Notes: generated by a model not told the origin, from the letters alone. A stretch of DNA of 64,000 nt from an uncultured Thiomicrospira sp. (GCA_965195345.1 OZ239628.1:480001-544000), one strand, 5' to 3'. Positions 49,616 through 61,109 are shown, counted from the first letter of the stretch. A program made the numbers and translations.

Positions 49616-52600
49616 TTGATGGTTTTTAAAATGAAAAGATTAAACGCAGGCAGCATTCACACTAAACAAATTCAATGGTTTTTTATTGTGCTTTCTTATG
49701 CCCTTTGCTTTTTCATTGCTCCTCTTTCTTATGCAGGAGAGCCTGATCGTTCCGATAATACAAATCAAACTTCTGCTTTAGGGGAATCTTCAAGAGAGGA
49801 AGATTTGCTTCCTGAGTTAATTATTCGATTTAAAGATGGCGTAAATGGAAGCAGTGTTGTTCAACAACTAGCCCAGACAATGAACATTAGCAATCTCGAA
49901 CATAATAAGATGCGTGTTTCTTTTATCAATGCGCAGGTTGTTAAGATGGACAGTCAGCGTATGCAGGATTTTATTGACAAAATATCTGAAAACAAAGATG
50001 TTTTATCTATTGAACGCAATCAAAAATATAAAGCAAAGTTAACTGTTAATGATCCCCGCGTCGGTGAGCAATGGGGATTGACCAATATGAACGCTTTTGG
50101 AGGCTGGGATATTACAACCGGCACAGCTACTCAGTATGTTGGTGTTATTGATACAGGAATTGATTACAATCATTCTGATTTATCCAGTGTGGTGTGGAGC
50201 AATCCACGGGAAACTGCTGGTGATGGGATTGACAACGATAATAATGGTTGGATTGATGATATTCATGGATTAAATGTTGTAACTACTAATCCGAGTAATG
50301 AGGGAGACCCGTTAGATGATAATAATCATGGGACACACGTGACGGGTGTGATAGCTGCTGCGACAAATAATAGTATAGGAATAGCAGGGTTGAACCATAA
50401 TACGAAAATCATAGCATGTAAGTTTTTAGATAATAATGGCAGCGGATCTCTTATAGGCGCCATGATATGTATGGATTATTTTTTAAATCTAAAAAGAAGT
50501 GGTGTTAATGTCGTTGCCACAAACAACTCATGGGGTGGCGGCGGAGCACACTCTGACTTGATGTTTGCTGCAATAAAAGCCCATGGAGACAATAATATTG
50601 CTTTTATAGCAGCTGCAGGTAATTCATCGAACGATAATGATCAAGCACCAGCATATCCTGCAAGTTATAGGCTAAAAAATGTACTATCGGTGGCTGCTAT
50701 TGAAGAGCAAAATACATTAGCTTCGTTTTCAAACTTTGGACAGCGCAGAGTACATATTGGTGCTCCGGGAGTTAGTGTGCTATCAACGATTCGTAATAAT
50801 GGGTATGCCAGCTATAGAGGAACTTCTATGGCATCTCCTCACGTGGCAGGATTGTACAGTCTTGTTCTTTCTCAAAACCCATCATTATCTCCTGAGCAAG
50901 CTATAGCGCGTCTCTTGGCGGGTGCACAACCAACGTCTGATTTGTTAGGGAAAACAGTAACAGGAGCTCGTGCATCTGCTTTGAATAATGTAAACGGAGG
51001 AGCCTTAGGTTGTAATGGAAGGCATAGTTATCAAAAGCTAATTAATCCAGTTGCCGCCATTGGAGAAAATGTCATAGTTCCTGTTGGAGTTGCAGTAAAT
51101 ATAGAGTACGCTTATTTTACTTGTGATGCTGGAAGCAAACCTTCCACAGTCACTGCATATTTAGGAGATAGGGAATTACAGTTATTGGACAATGGCATAG
51201 GTGCTGACGTAGAGCAAGGGGATGGCGTTTACAGCAGTAGTATTCAGTATACAACAGAGGTCGTTGAAAGTTGGACATTCCCCAATGGTGAGGTTTTATC
51301 AATTGAAGTACAAGGATCTGATTATAGATTGGTTGAGCGGTCTTTTAATTGGATAGATATAGATCCATACAGACCTAATAATTTACTTTTAGGCGATGAT
51401 CAATCGACTACTATTCCGCTTCCATTTGATGTTGATTTTGCCTCTTCTCAAAATTTCAGATCGTTAATAGTAAACAGTAATGGTTTAATTTCAGGGAGTG
51501 ATCTAAGCAACTTTTTATACATAAATGGAAATTTGCCTCATTCTAGGTTGAGTAATTTTACTATCGCAGCTTATTGGGATGACTTAAGACCCTCAGCAGC
51601 TGCTAATGTTTATACCGCAACAATAGGAAGTTCGGTGGGTAACCGTCAATTTATTATTGAATGGCGTAATGTGCCTTTGTTCTTAGATTCATCTACTCTT
51701 TTTCATTTTCAAGTTGTTTTTTTTGAAGCAAGTTCAGATGTGCATTTGAATTATAGAAATGTTTCGGAAAATTCCCCTCTAGGGGGTGGACGTTCTTCGA
51801 CTATAGGTTATCAAAAAAGTCCAAGACTTGCTCAAACATGGTCTGTCAATACACCATCGATTAGAAATAATACAACGCTTATATTGAAGAGTGACGCGAA
51901 TGATTTCTCTATTTCTTTGAATTCCACCGGCGTATTAAAGGTGGGAGAAGAGGTGACGTTTTTTGGGAATGTTCAAAATGCTAGTGGTTCTGTTAATATC
52001 CAATTAGATCTTGGTGATGGCAACATAGTGCAACGTTTACAAAATCCTTTTACAGTCACCCATAGATACTCCACTCCAGGTAACTTTATTGTTCAGGCTG
52101 AGGCCATCGATTTGTTAGGTTCTAGAGAAGCGTCTATTCTAAGTGTAAGTATAGCTGATTTATCTGTTGATGAAAAAATTGAACGTGCTCGAACTGAGCT
52201 TTTAAATAGTATTTATGCGGCTCCAGAAAATTTTGGATTGATAAGTTCTGTTACGCATCAAGCAGCTGTTGCTGAAAGTATTGATCGTGCTCGAACTGAT
52301 CTTTTGAGCAGTATTTATGCCAATCCAGAAGACTATGGTTTGGTAAGTTCTGTTACCTATCAAGCAGTACTTGATCAGCTAGAAGCTATACCAGCTTCAG
52401 AAATCACCTCTAATTCTATTCAACAACTGAGTAGTGGTTGGCATTTACTTGGTTCTGATTCAAGAATGAGTGATATGAGTGTTTTTGATAGTGCTTTGGC
52501 AGTGTGGGTGTATGATGCTTCTAACGAAAGATTTAATGTCTACTCGTCTTTTCCTGTCGTCCGAGAAAGCCTTTTAGAACAAGGATATACATTAGTCAAC

Positions 52601-52642
52601 ACTATCAATAAAAACCAAGGTTTCTGGGTTTATAAAAGATGA
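49616..52642 (+). CDS. Secreted S8 (subtilisin-like) serine protease with PKD-like and repeat C-terminal domains
   Basis: Catalytic triad in VIDTG, HGTHV and GTSMASP; oxyanion AAGN; DNG..AD...DGVYS segment; DLGDG...HRYSTPG PKD-like segment. Confidence 0.9.
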   Translation: MMVFKMKRLNAGSIHTKQIQWFFIVLSYALCFFIAPLSYAGEPDRSDNTNQTSALGESSREEDLLPELIIRFKDGVNGSSVVQQLAQTMNISNLEHNKMRVSFINAQVVKMDSQRMQDFIDKISENKDVLSIERNQKYKAKLTVNDPRVGEQWGLTNMNAFGGWDITTGTATQYVGVIDTGIDYNHSDLSSVVWSNPRETAGDGIDNDNNGWIDDIHGLNVVTTNPSNEGDPLDDNNHGTHVTGVIAAATNNSIGIAGLNHNTKIIACKFLDNNGSGSLIGAMICMDYFLNLKRSGVNVVATNNSWGGGGAHSDLMFAAIKAHGDNNIAFIAAAGNSSNDNDQAPAYPASYRLKNVLSVAAIEEQNTLASFSNFGQRRVHIGAPGVSVLSTIRNNGYASYRGTSMASPHVAGLYSLVLSQNPSLSPEQAIARLLAGAQPTSDLLGKTVTGARASALNNVNGGALGCNGRHSYQKLINPVAAIGENVIVPVGVAVNIEYAYFTCDAGSKPSTVTAYLGDRELQLLDNGIGADVEQGDGVYSSSIQYTTEVVESWTFPNGEVLSIEVQGSDYRLVERSFNWIDIDPYRPNNLLLGDDQSTTIPLPFDVDFASSQNFRSLIVNSNGLISGSDLSNFLYINGNLPHSRLSNFTIAAYWDDLRPSAAANVYTATIGSSVGNRQFIIEWRNVPLFLDSSTLFHFQVVFFEASSDVHLNYRNVSENSPLGGGRSSTIGYQKSPRLAQTWSVNTPSIRNNTTLILKSDANDFSISLNSTGVLKVGEEVTFFGNVQNASGSVNIQLDLGDGNIVQRLQNPFTVTHRYSTPGNFIVQAEAIDLLGSREASILSVSIADLSVDEKIERARTELLNSIYAAPENFGLISSVTHQAAVAESIDRARTDLLSSIYANPEDYGLVSSVTYQAVLDQLEAIPASEITSNSIQQLSSGWHLLGSDSRMSDMSVFDSALAVWVYDASNERFNVYSSFPVVRESLLEQGYTLVNTINKNQGFWVYKR
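52178..52367 (+). repeat. Two diverged 102-bp (34-aa) coding repeats in the S8 protease
   Basis: IERARTELLNSIYAAPENFGLISSVTHQA and IDRARTDLLSSIYANPEDYGLVSSVTYQA. Confidence 0.9.
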
Positions 52643-52848
52643 AAAATGAAAGATTACTGCTGTTGATTTGGCTTTTTTTTCTTGGCAGTAGTATGTTAGG
52701 ATGTGGCGTGCCACCAGAATCTGAAGAGGCTACTCCAGTTACCAATGCTGATTTGGAAGCATTGGTAAGATTTCCCTCTATAACTTTTAATGATGCATCA
52801 TCTGCAACAGCTCAGGTTGTTATTCCTTTTAACAGCACTATACAATAG
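52639..52848 (+). CDS. Small predicted lipoprotein
   Basis: Basic N-terminus, hydrophobic stretch, lipobox MLGC; ATGA overlap with the protease stop. Confidence 0.6.
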   Translation: MKNERLLLLIWLFFLGSSMLGCGVPPESEEATPVTNADLEALVRFPSITFNDASSATAQVVIPFNSTIQ

Positions 52849-52885
52849 TATAAATTCTAATACGTGTAGGCATTTGCAAAGCTAT

Positions 52886-54220
52886 CTACCAAGATAAAGA
52901 GCCGCTTGATTGATACTCAGTAACTCTCGTTTCAAAGAAGTTTTTTTCCTTTTTTAAGTCAATAACTTCACTCATCCAAGGCATTGGGTTCGTTGCTCCA
53001 GGAAACTGCTCTGCTATGCCTAACTGTTTGCATCGACGATTGGCAATAAAATGTAAATAACTCTCTATGGTTTTGGAATTTAGTCCTAATATTCCATTGG
53101 GCATGGTATCTTTAGCATAATCAACTTCCAATTCAATGGCCTCGTTCAGCATCTTGAGAATTTCTTTTTCAAACTCAGCATTCCAAAGCCCAGGATTTTC
53201 ATTGCGTATTTGGTTAATAGCATCAATGCCAAAATTAAAGTGAACCGACTCATCACGCATGATATATTGATATTGTTCAGCTATACCAACCATCTTGTTA
53301 CGTCTTCCAAGCGATAAAACTTGAGCAAAACCAGTATAGAACCACAGCGATTCCATGCAGACGTATAAAGCAAATAAATTGCGCGTAAAACGTCTTTTAT
53401 TTGCAAGAGTATCGGTATTAAATGCACCATCCTCCATTTCTTTTGTATGTTGAAATGCCCATGCGGCTTTATCATGCACCGATGGGATTTGTGTATACAT
53501 GCTGAAAATTTCACTCTGATTCAAGCCAAGGCTTTCAACGATGTATTGAAAAGTATGAGTATGAAGCGCCTCTTCAAAAGCTTGACGCAACAAATATTGA
53601 CGACATTCTGGATTGCTTAAATGCCGATAGACAGAGAAAATAATATTATTGGCAACTAAGGACTCGCTTGAAGAGAAAAAGCCGAGATTGCGCTTAATCA
53701 TCAATCGTTCATCTTCCGTTAGCCCGTTAGGAGAACGCCATAATTCAATGTCTTTAGTCATTGATACCTCGGTTGGCATCCAATGATTGGCACATCCTGC
53801 AAGATATTTATCCCATGCCCAGTGGTACTTGATAGGTACTAATTGATTTAGATCCGCTCTAGAATTTAGCATGGATTTCTCATCTATCCTTACATGAGAT
53901 TTTCCCGAACTTTTCATTTCTATAGGAGAGTCTGGTTTTTCAGTAGTACTGGTGGGAGACTGAAGCGCGCTTGAGTCAACATTTATTTGAGCCTCTTTAT
54001 TTCCACTAGTGTCATCCTCATCAAGAACAATATTCAACATTTGGTCAAGTAGATTACTGTCTTTCAATGGGGCAGATTGAATTTGCTCATCCGCTTTTTC
54101 GTATTCTGGCGTGTCTCCTTTCATTGCCTGATCAATTAAATCGTGAAACTTAGAAGCATTTAGCATAGAACCGTTTTCTTCCTCATTTGATATTATATTG
54201 TTGTCCCATTTTTTCATCAT
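52886..54220 (-). CDS. nrdB: Ribonucleotide reductase beta subunit with class Ic (Mn/Fe) signature and long acidic N-terminal extension
   Basis: [48 protein letters not shown]. Confidence 0.95.
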   Translation of the reverse strand: MMKKWDNNIISNEEENGSMLNASKFHDLIDQAMKGDTPEYEKADEQIQSAPLKDSNLLDQMLNIVLDEDDTSGNKEAQINVDSSALQSPTSTTEKPDSPIEMKSSGKSHVRIDEKSMLNSRADLNQLVPIKYHWAWDKYLAGCANHWMPTEVSMTKDIELWRSPNGLTEDERLMIKRNLGFFSSSESLVANNIIFSVYRHLSNPECRQYLLRQAFEEALHTHTFQYIVESLGLNQSEIFSMYTQIPSVHDKAAWAFQHTKEMEDGAFNTDTLANKRRFTRNLFALYVCMESLWFYTGFAQVLSLGRRNKMVGIAEQYQYIMRDESVHFNFGIDAINQIRNENPGLWNAEFEKEILKMLNEAIELEVDYAKDTMPNGILGLNSKTIESYLHFIANRRCKQLGIAEQFPGATNPMPWMSEVIDLKKEKNFFETRVTEYQSSGSLSW

Positions 54221-54226
54221 ATTCTC

Positions 54227-57055
54227 CTATTGACAGGCTTCACAGTCTGGGTCCAGTATGCTGCATACTTTTGGTGCGTTATCCAATGTAACACCATTTA
54301 GTTTGCCGTCATTTTCTAAAGTGCTTTTCTCAATAGATGTTGCACCCATTGAGCGTAAGTAATAAGTTGTCTTTAATCCTTTAACCCAAGCCAATTGATA
54401 GGTTTCATTCAATTTTTTACCATCTACGCCAGCAATGTAGATATTCAATGACTGTGCTTGATCAATCCACTTCTGACGTCGTGAACCACATTCAATTAAC
54501 CAAGAAGGCTTTATTTCGAAGGCAGTGGCATAGATGTTTTTTAAATACTCGGGTACTCGGTCAATTTTTGAAATCTCACCATCGTAAAATTTAAGATCAT
54601 TCACCATAGAATCATCCCACAGCCCTTCTTTTTTCAAATCGTTAACCATCATTGGATTGATGATGGTGAAATCACCAGAAAGATTTGATTTGACGTAAAG
54701 ATTCTTGTAGGTTGGGTCTATTGAAGGGCTGACTCCACAAATATTGGCTATGGTTGCTGTAGGAGCTATGGCCATGGTATTTGAGTTACGCATACCAACA
54801 GTTTTTACTCGTTCGCGCAAAGCGTTCCAATCCATTGTTTGACTATTATCTTGTTTTAACATGCCATTACGAGCTTGTCTAAGCATTTCAATGGAGTCAA
54901 TCGGCAGTACTCCTTTTGACCAGAGCGAGCCTTCATAACTTGAATATACGCCTCGCTCTTCAGCTAAATTAGAAGAAGCCTTTATTGCAAAATAACTGAC
55001 AGCTTCCATAGAAGAGTCTGAGAAATCGACGGCTTCTTCACTGTTATACGGAATACGCAACTTATATAATGTGTCGTGAAATCCCATTATGCCCATGCCT
55101 ACTGGTCTGTGACGCAAATTAGATACTTCAGCTTTTTTCACGCTGTAGTAGTTGTATTCAATCACATTATCAAGCATGCGCATTGCAGTATTAATGGTGC
55201 GTTCTAATTTGGCGTGGTCAATCTTTCCATCCTCAGTGATATGCTGAGTTAGATTTATACTACCAAGGTTGCAAACTGCAATTTCTTCGGCGTTTGTATT
55301 GAGGGTAATTTCTGTACATAAGTTGGAAGAATGAACGACACCAGCATGTTGTTGAGGAGAGCGAATATTACATGGATCTTTGAAAGTAATCCAAGGATGT
55401 CCCGTTTCAAAAAGCATCATTAATATACGCCGCCATAAATCTTCTGCTATGACTGTTTTGTGTGAAATTTCATTTCTTTCAGCCATAGCTTCATATTGAC
55501 AATACCGTGCTTCAAATTCCTTACCGTATAGGTCGTGCAAATCTGGGGCATCACTGGGTGAAAATAACGTCCATGATTTATTATTCATAACACGCTGCAT
55601 GAATAAATCAGGTATCCAATTGGCGGTGTTCATGTCATGAGTACGTCGACGATCGTCTCCAGTGTTTTTTCTTAAATCCAAAAACTCCTCTATATCGAGA
55701 TGCCACGTTTCTAAGTAAGCACAAACGGCGCCTTTACGCTTGCCTCCTTGGTTAACAGCAACGGCTGTATCATTAGCTACTTTTAAAAATGGCACAACGC
55801 CCTGTGATTTGCCGTTTGTACCTTTTATTCGCGAGCCCATGGCTCGTACTGCTGTCCAATCATTACCAAGTCCGCCTGCAAATTTTGACAGCAAAGCATT
55901 TTCCTTTATGCCTTCGTATATGCCGTCAAGGTCGTCGCCAATGGTCGTTAGATAGCACGAAGAAAGTTGAGGCTTCAAAGTACCTGAGTTAAACAGTGTT
56001 GGGGTAGAGCTCATAAAGTCAAAGGATGAAAGCAAACGATAGAACTCAATTGCCTTAGCAGTTTTCTGTTCTTCATTAATAGCAAGCCCCATGGATACGC
56101 GCATAAAAAATGCTTGTGGCAATTCAATGCGAGTGTCTTTACTATGTATAAAGTAGCGGTCGTATAAAGTCTGTAATCCTAAGTATGTGAATTGAAAGTC
56201 CCGTTCTGGGAGGAGGGCTTTGCCCAACACCTCAAGATCGAAATCTTCGGCTAGTCTAGGATCAAGTAATTCAAGTGCTACGGCTTTTTGAATATACTTT
56301 GGGAATGATTGAACGTAATGTACATCCATTGTTGATTGATCGATGTATACAAGTTCCTCATATAAATAACTTAGAGTTTCATGACGGATATTGTCAAGCA
56401 GTAAACGAGCCGCTACGAATGAATAGTTAGGGTCTGTCTCTATTAACGTTCGAGCACTCATAATCATTGCTAAAGACACTTCATCTTCTCGCATACCGTT
56501 GTATAGATTACGTAGCGTTTCATCAATGATTTTTTGTGGCTCTACGTCAGATAAATCAGCACATGCTTCACTAATTATGTGTTTGACACGTGTGATATCA
56601 AGCGGTTTTTCGGTGCCGTCCTTCATATGGACAGTTATATTTATTTCATCTTGACTCTCGTGTAATTGTTCAAGGTTTTTAAGGTTTCGTTCTTGAGCAT
56701 GTTGCTCGCGATAAAGGACGTAAGCTCTCGCTACTTTGTGCTCACCGCTGCGCATTAATGATAGTTCAACCTGATCTTGTATATCTTCTATACTAATGGG
56801 TGTGCCGGGAGCATTTCTGCGCGTTACTGCTGAACAAACTTGAAAGGTTAGCGTATTGATTATTTCTTTTACGCTTTGAGTAGAGTCGTTGGAAATTCCA
56901 TTAATTGCTTTGAAAGCCTTTGCCATGGCTACTGCGATTTTGCTAGGGTCAAACGAAGAAGTTTCGCCGTTTCTTCGCATTACCTTGTGCTTACTCCAAC
57001 TTGATAACTGCTCGGTGTCGATGGGTGCGGGGGATGGATTGATAATTTGGATCAT
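54227..57055 (-). CDS. nrdA: Class I ribonucleotide reductase alpha subunit with two ATP-cone domains
   Basis: Cones begin VMRRNGE and VHMKDGT; STPTLFN, SNLCTEI, KTTYYLR, C-terminal CEAC. Confidence 0.97.
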   Translation of the reverse strand: MIQIINPSPAPIDTEQLSSWSKHKVMRRNGETSSFDPSKIAVAMAKAFKAINGISNDSTQSVKEIINTLTFQVCSAVTRRNAPGTPISIEDIQDQVELSLMRSGEHKVARAYVLYREQHAQERNLKNLEQLHESQDEINITVHMKDGTEKPLDITRVKHIISEACADLSDVEPQKIIDETLRNLYNGMREDEVSLAMIMSARTLIETDPNYSFVAARLLLDNIRHETLSYLYEELVYIDQSTMDVHYVQSFPKYIQKAVALELLDPRLAEDFDLEVLGKALLPERDFQFTYLGLQTLYDRYFIHSKDTRIELPQAFFMRVSMGLAINEEQKTAKAIEFYRLLSSFDFMSSTPTLFNSGTLKPQLSSCYLTTIGDDLDGIYEGIKENALLSKFAGGLGNDWTAVRAMGSRIKGTNGKSQGVVPFLKVANDTAVAVNQGGKRKGAVCAYLETWHLDIEEFLDLRKNTGDDRRRTHDMNTANWIPDLFMQRVMNNKSWTLFSPSDAPDLHDLYGKEFEARYCQYEAMAERNEISHKTVIAEDLWRRILMMLFETGHPWITFKDPCNIRSPQQHAGVVHSSNLCTEITLNTNAEEIAVCNLGSINLTQHITEDGKIDHAKLERTINTAMRMLDNVIEYNYYSVKKAEVSNLRHRPVGMGIMGFHDTLYKLRIPYNSEEAVDFSDSSMEAVSYFAIKASSNLAEERGVYSSYEGSLWSKGVLPIDSIEMLRQARNGMLKQDNSQTMDWNALRERVKTVGMRNSNTMAIAPTATIANICGVSPSIDPTYKNLYVKSNLSGDFTIINPMMVNDLKKEGLWDDSMVNDLKFYDGEISKIDRVPEYLKNIYATAFEIKPSWLIECGSRRQKWIDQAQSLNIYIAGVDGKKLNETYQLAWVKGLKTTYYLRSMGATSIEKSTLENDGKLNGVTLDNAPKVCSILDPDCEACQ

Positions 57056-57174
57056 AGCTCTCTTAATTAAAAAGTGAAAATTTTATTTAAAATGTTTGAT
57101 TACATCTAACTCTTTTTTACTTTGTTTTTCATATATTTTATAGAGAACTCTTGCTTATCTGTAAAATATTGAAA

Positions 57175-57222
57175 ATACTACATATTGTGGTTTGTTGTTA
57201 AAAAAAATACTAAATGTTGTAG
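57175..57222. promoter_or_regulatory. Tandem NrdR boxes
   Basis: ATACTACATATTGTGG (57175-90) and ATACTAAATGTTGTAG (57207-22) fit acaCwAtATaTwGtg. They are 32 bp apart, upstream of nrdA and downstream of a minus-strand TTGACA at 57260-55. Confidence 0.85.
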
Positions 57223-57618
57223 ATCAGCGCATATTATGCATCATAATGGTGGTATGTCAAGCACTGTTTTAACAGATTGTTTACGAAGCGCTATTTACCA
57301 GTAAAAAATAAATAAATATTTTTTTACTGGCTTTTTTGCATTCTGCAGAAGTCGGTGGAAAAGGTTGTTAATATGTATGGGAGGGTGAGAATTTCATATG
57401 AATAACCTCTTACCGTATAGTAAGTGAAATGGCTTGTATGGATTATCAAAAAGAGGAGTTGCTCAATGTAACTCGTGCCAATTAATAACCCAACGAGCGC
57501 TTGTTCCTACTGAATAAAATACTTTTAATGGAAGTTTTTTTCAAATCGGCACGCCGAGGCGCACGCGTGTCCCAGAAATTTTATGGATTAGGGGTCGGAT
57601 GTGGTTTTGAAATACAGC

Positions 57619-57663
57619 CAAAAATACCCTTGCACCAATCACTGAAGGACAAGGGTATTTTTG
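57619..57663 (-). terminator. Hairpin/terminator after ilvC
   Basis: 14-bp perfect arms CAAAAATACCCTTG and CAAGGGTATTTTTG. Confidence 0.75.
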
Positions 57664-57673
57664 TAAGGCTTTT

Positions 57674-58720
<1,047 letters not shown>

Positions 58721-58747
58721 TTAAAATATTTTAGGTTATATGTGTAT

Positions 58748-59245
58748 TCACGGGTTTAGTGATTTGCTTCCGCGTTGTATTCCTAGAACGCCAGAACGAA
58801 CCGTCTCAAAAACAATCCCATCATCAAGACTCTGTAAAAAAGCATTGAGTTTTTCATAAGTTCCCAGAATTTGAATGGTATATGTTTGCTGCGTAACGTC
58901 AATTATTTGACCTCGAAAAATATCCGTCAACCGTTTTACTTCCTCTCGATCAGAAGGTTTGGAAGTGTCTACTTTAATAAGCATCACTTCACGTTCAACA
59001 TGACGACTTTGCGTAAGATCGACGACTTTAATGACATCAATTAGTTTGTTAAGTTGTTTGACAATCTGTTCAATAAATTGGTCGCTACCACTGGTTACTA
59101 AAGTGAGTCGTGAAACACTGAAGTCTTCGGTAGTGGCGACATTTAGTGATTCTATATTATAGCCACGCGCTGAGAATAATCCAACTAAACGCGATAAAGC
59201 TCCCGGTTGATTATCCATAAGGACTGAAAGTATATGAGTTGACAT
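58748..59245 (-). CDS. ilvH: Acetolactate synthase small subunit
   Basis: NQPGALSR..GLFSARGYNIESL, KQLNKLIDV. Confidence 0.95.
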   Translation of the reverse strand: MSTHILSVLMDNQPGALSRLVGLFSARGYNIESLNVATTEDFSVSRLTLVTSGSDQFIEQIVKQLNKLIDVIKVVDLTQSRHVEREVMLIKVDTSKPSDREEVKRLTDIFRGQIIDVTQQTYTIQILGTYEKLNAFLQSLDDGIVFETVRSGVLGIQRGSKSLNP

Positions 59246-59255
59246 GATCCCTACC

Positions 59256-60950
59256 TTATTGTAATATCATTTCATCATGTCCTGCACCAGCAGGGATCAT
59301 AGGGAAAACATTCTCTTCACGGTCGGTGATAACGTCAATAAAAACCAACCGATCGCGAAATTTTTCACTGAATGCTTCTGTTAATTTTGGTTGTAAGTCC
59401 TTAGGATCTTCAATACGAATACCGATGTGTCCATAGGATTCAACTAATTGCACAAAGTTTGGTAGTGATGCCATGTAGGACATGGCATATCTGCGCTCAT
59501 AGAAAAACTCTTGCCATTGTCTAACCATACCAAGATAACCATTGTTTAGGCAAAGGATTTTTATCGGAAGGTTATATTGAGAGCATGTGGATAATTCTTG
59601 CAGCATCATTTGAATACTACCCTCTCCAGTAACGCAGATCACTTCGCTATCAGGATGTGCTTTTTTTACCCCCATAGCTGCAGGGAAACCAAATCCCATT
59701 GTACCCAACCCTCCAGAATTGATCCACTGATAAGGTTTTTTGAAATGGTAATACTGTGCAGCCCACATCTGGTGCTGGCCTACATCTGATGTAACATATG
59801 CATCCCCTTTTGTGAGCTCGTATGCCATTTCTATGACCCGTTGTGGTTTAATTTTTGTTTCGGAGGATTTGTAGTCTAAACACTTAGTACTTCTCCATTG
59901 TTCAATTTTTTCCCACCAGTCTTTGATCAAATCTGTATTTATATTTTCGTTTTTTAGGATCTCCAACATATCGGTTAGTACATTATCAACATCTCCGACA
60001 ATAGGGACATCAACTAAAACATTTTTGGCAATACTTGCAGGATCAATATCAATTTGCACGATTTTTGCATTTGGGCAAAATCGTTCCAAATTCCCAGTAA
60101 CACGATCATCAAAGCGTACACCTATGGCGATTAAAACATCGCAATGGTGCATGGCAAGATTTGCCTCGTATGTTCCATGCATTCCAAGCATTCCCACAAA
60201 CTGATTGTCGGTTGCGGGGTAAGCACCCAAACCCATCAAAGTGTTTGTTATAGGGAACTTTAATAATTTTGTTAGCTTTTGCAATTTCTCGCTTGCGTTA
60301 CTCCAGACAGCTCCGCCACCAGTATAAATCATTGGTTTTTCTGCTTGGAGTATCAATTCCACAGCTTTACGAATTTGTCCAATATGCCCTTTAATTGCTG
60401 GTTGATAGGTGCGCATTTCGATATTTTCGGGATACATGAATTCGCACGTATTTGCTGTAATGTCTTTTGGAATATCAATAACTACGGGACCAGGTCTTCC
60501 AGAGCGTGCAATGTGGAATGCTTTTTTAAAGGTCATAGCCAAATCTTTGACATCTTTGACTAAAAAGTTATGTTTAACGACAGGGCGTGAGATGCCGATC
60601 ATATCACATTCTTGAAAAGCATCGTTTCCAATGAGTTCAGACATCACCTGACCAGAAATAACGACCATAGGGATGGAATCCATATGCGCAGTTGCAATAC
60701 CAGTTATTGCATTAGTAGCACCTGGTCCTGAGGTAACCAATACCACACCTACGTTACCAGTTGATCGAGCATACCCATCAGCTGCATGCGTCGCTGCTTG
60801 TTCGTGGCGTACTAATATGTGCTCCACATCTTTTTGTTTATGTAAGGCATCATATATGTGCAAAACAGCACCACCCGGATAACCCCAAACGGTTTCAATG
60901 CCCTCTGCCTTCAATGACTCAACGACGATTTCCGCGCCAGTTAATCTCAC
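59256..60950 (-). CDS. ilvI: Acetolactate synthase large subunit
   Basis: GYPGGA, RHEQ, TSGPGATN, RFDDRV, GTMGFG; GTG 60950 follows a CAGGAG RBS. Confidence 0.95.
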   Translation of the reverse strand: MRLTGAEIVVESLKAEGIETVWGYPGGAVLHIYDALHKQKDVEHILVRHEQAATHAADGYARSTGNVGVVLVTSGPGATNAITGIATAHMDSIPMVVISGQVMSELIGNDAFQECDMIGISRPVVKHNFLVKDVKDLAMTFKKAFHIARSGRPGPVVIDIPKDITANTCEFMYPENIEMRTYQPAIKGHIGQIRKAVELILQAEKPMIYTGGGAVWSNASEKLQKLTKLLKFPITNTLMGLGAYPATDNQFVGMLGMHGTYEANLAMHHCDVLIAIGVRFDDRVTGNLERFCPNAKIVQIDIDPASIAKNVLVDVPIVGDVDNVLTDMLEILKNENINTDLIKDWWEKIEQWRSTKCLDYKSSETKIKPQRVIEMAYELTKGDAYVTSDVGQHQMWAAQYYHFKKPYQWINSGGLGTMGFGFPAAMGVKKAHPDSEVICVTGEGSIQMMLQELSTCSQYNLPIKILCLNNGYLGMVRQWQEFFYERRYAMSYMASLPNFVQLVESYGHIGIRIEDPKDLQPKLTEAFSEKFRDRLVFIDVITDREENVFPMIPAGAGHDEMILQ

Positions 60951-61109
60951 TTTACTATACTCCTGAAATGATTGACCAACCAATAGTGTTTTTCAACGAC
61001 TTTGGTGTGACAATGTCTGTTTACTGTTGTGCCGCAATTGTATTGGCGGGATTTGAGCCGATTGGGCAATTCGTTTGAAGTGCGGGATAGTTCCTACAAA
61101 CGGACGCAT

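Noticed and set aside
57370-57600. GC-rich patch and loose hairpins between ilvC and nrdA as an ncRNA or pseudogene
   Set aside because: No recognisable motif or protein similarity; pairing is weak.
60991-61109. 38-codon minus-strand ORF (MRPFVGTIPH...) as an ilv leader peptide
   Set aside because: Its ATG abuts the -10 box, upstream of the likely TSS, and it lacks runs of Ile/Leu/Val codons.
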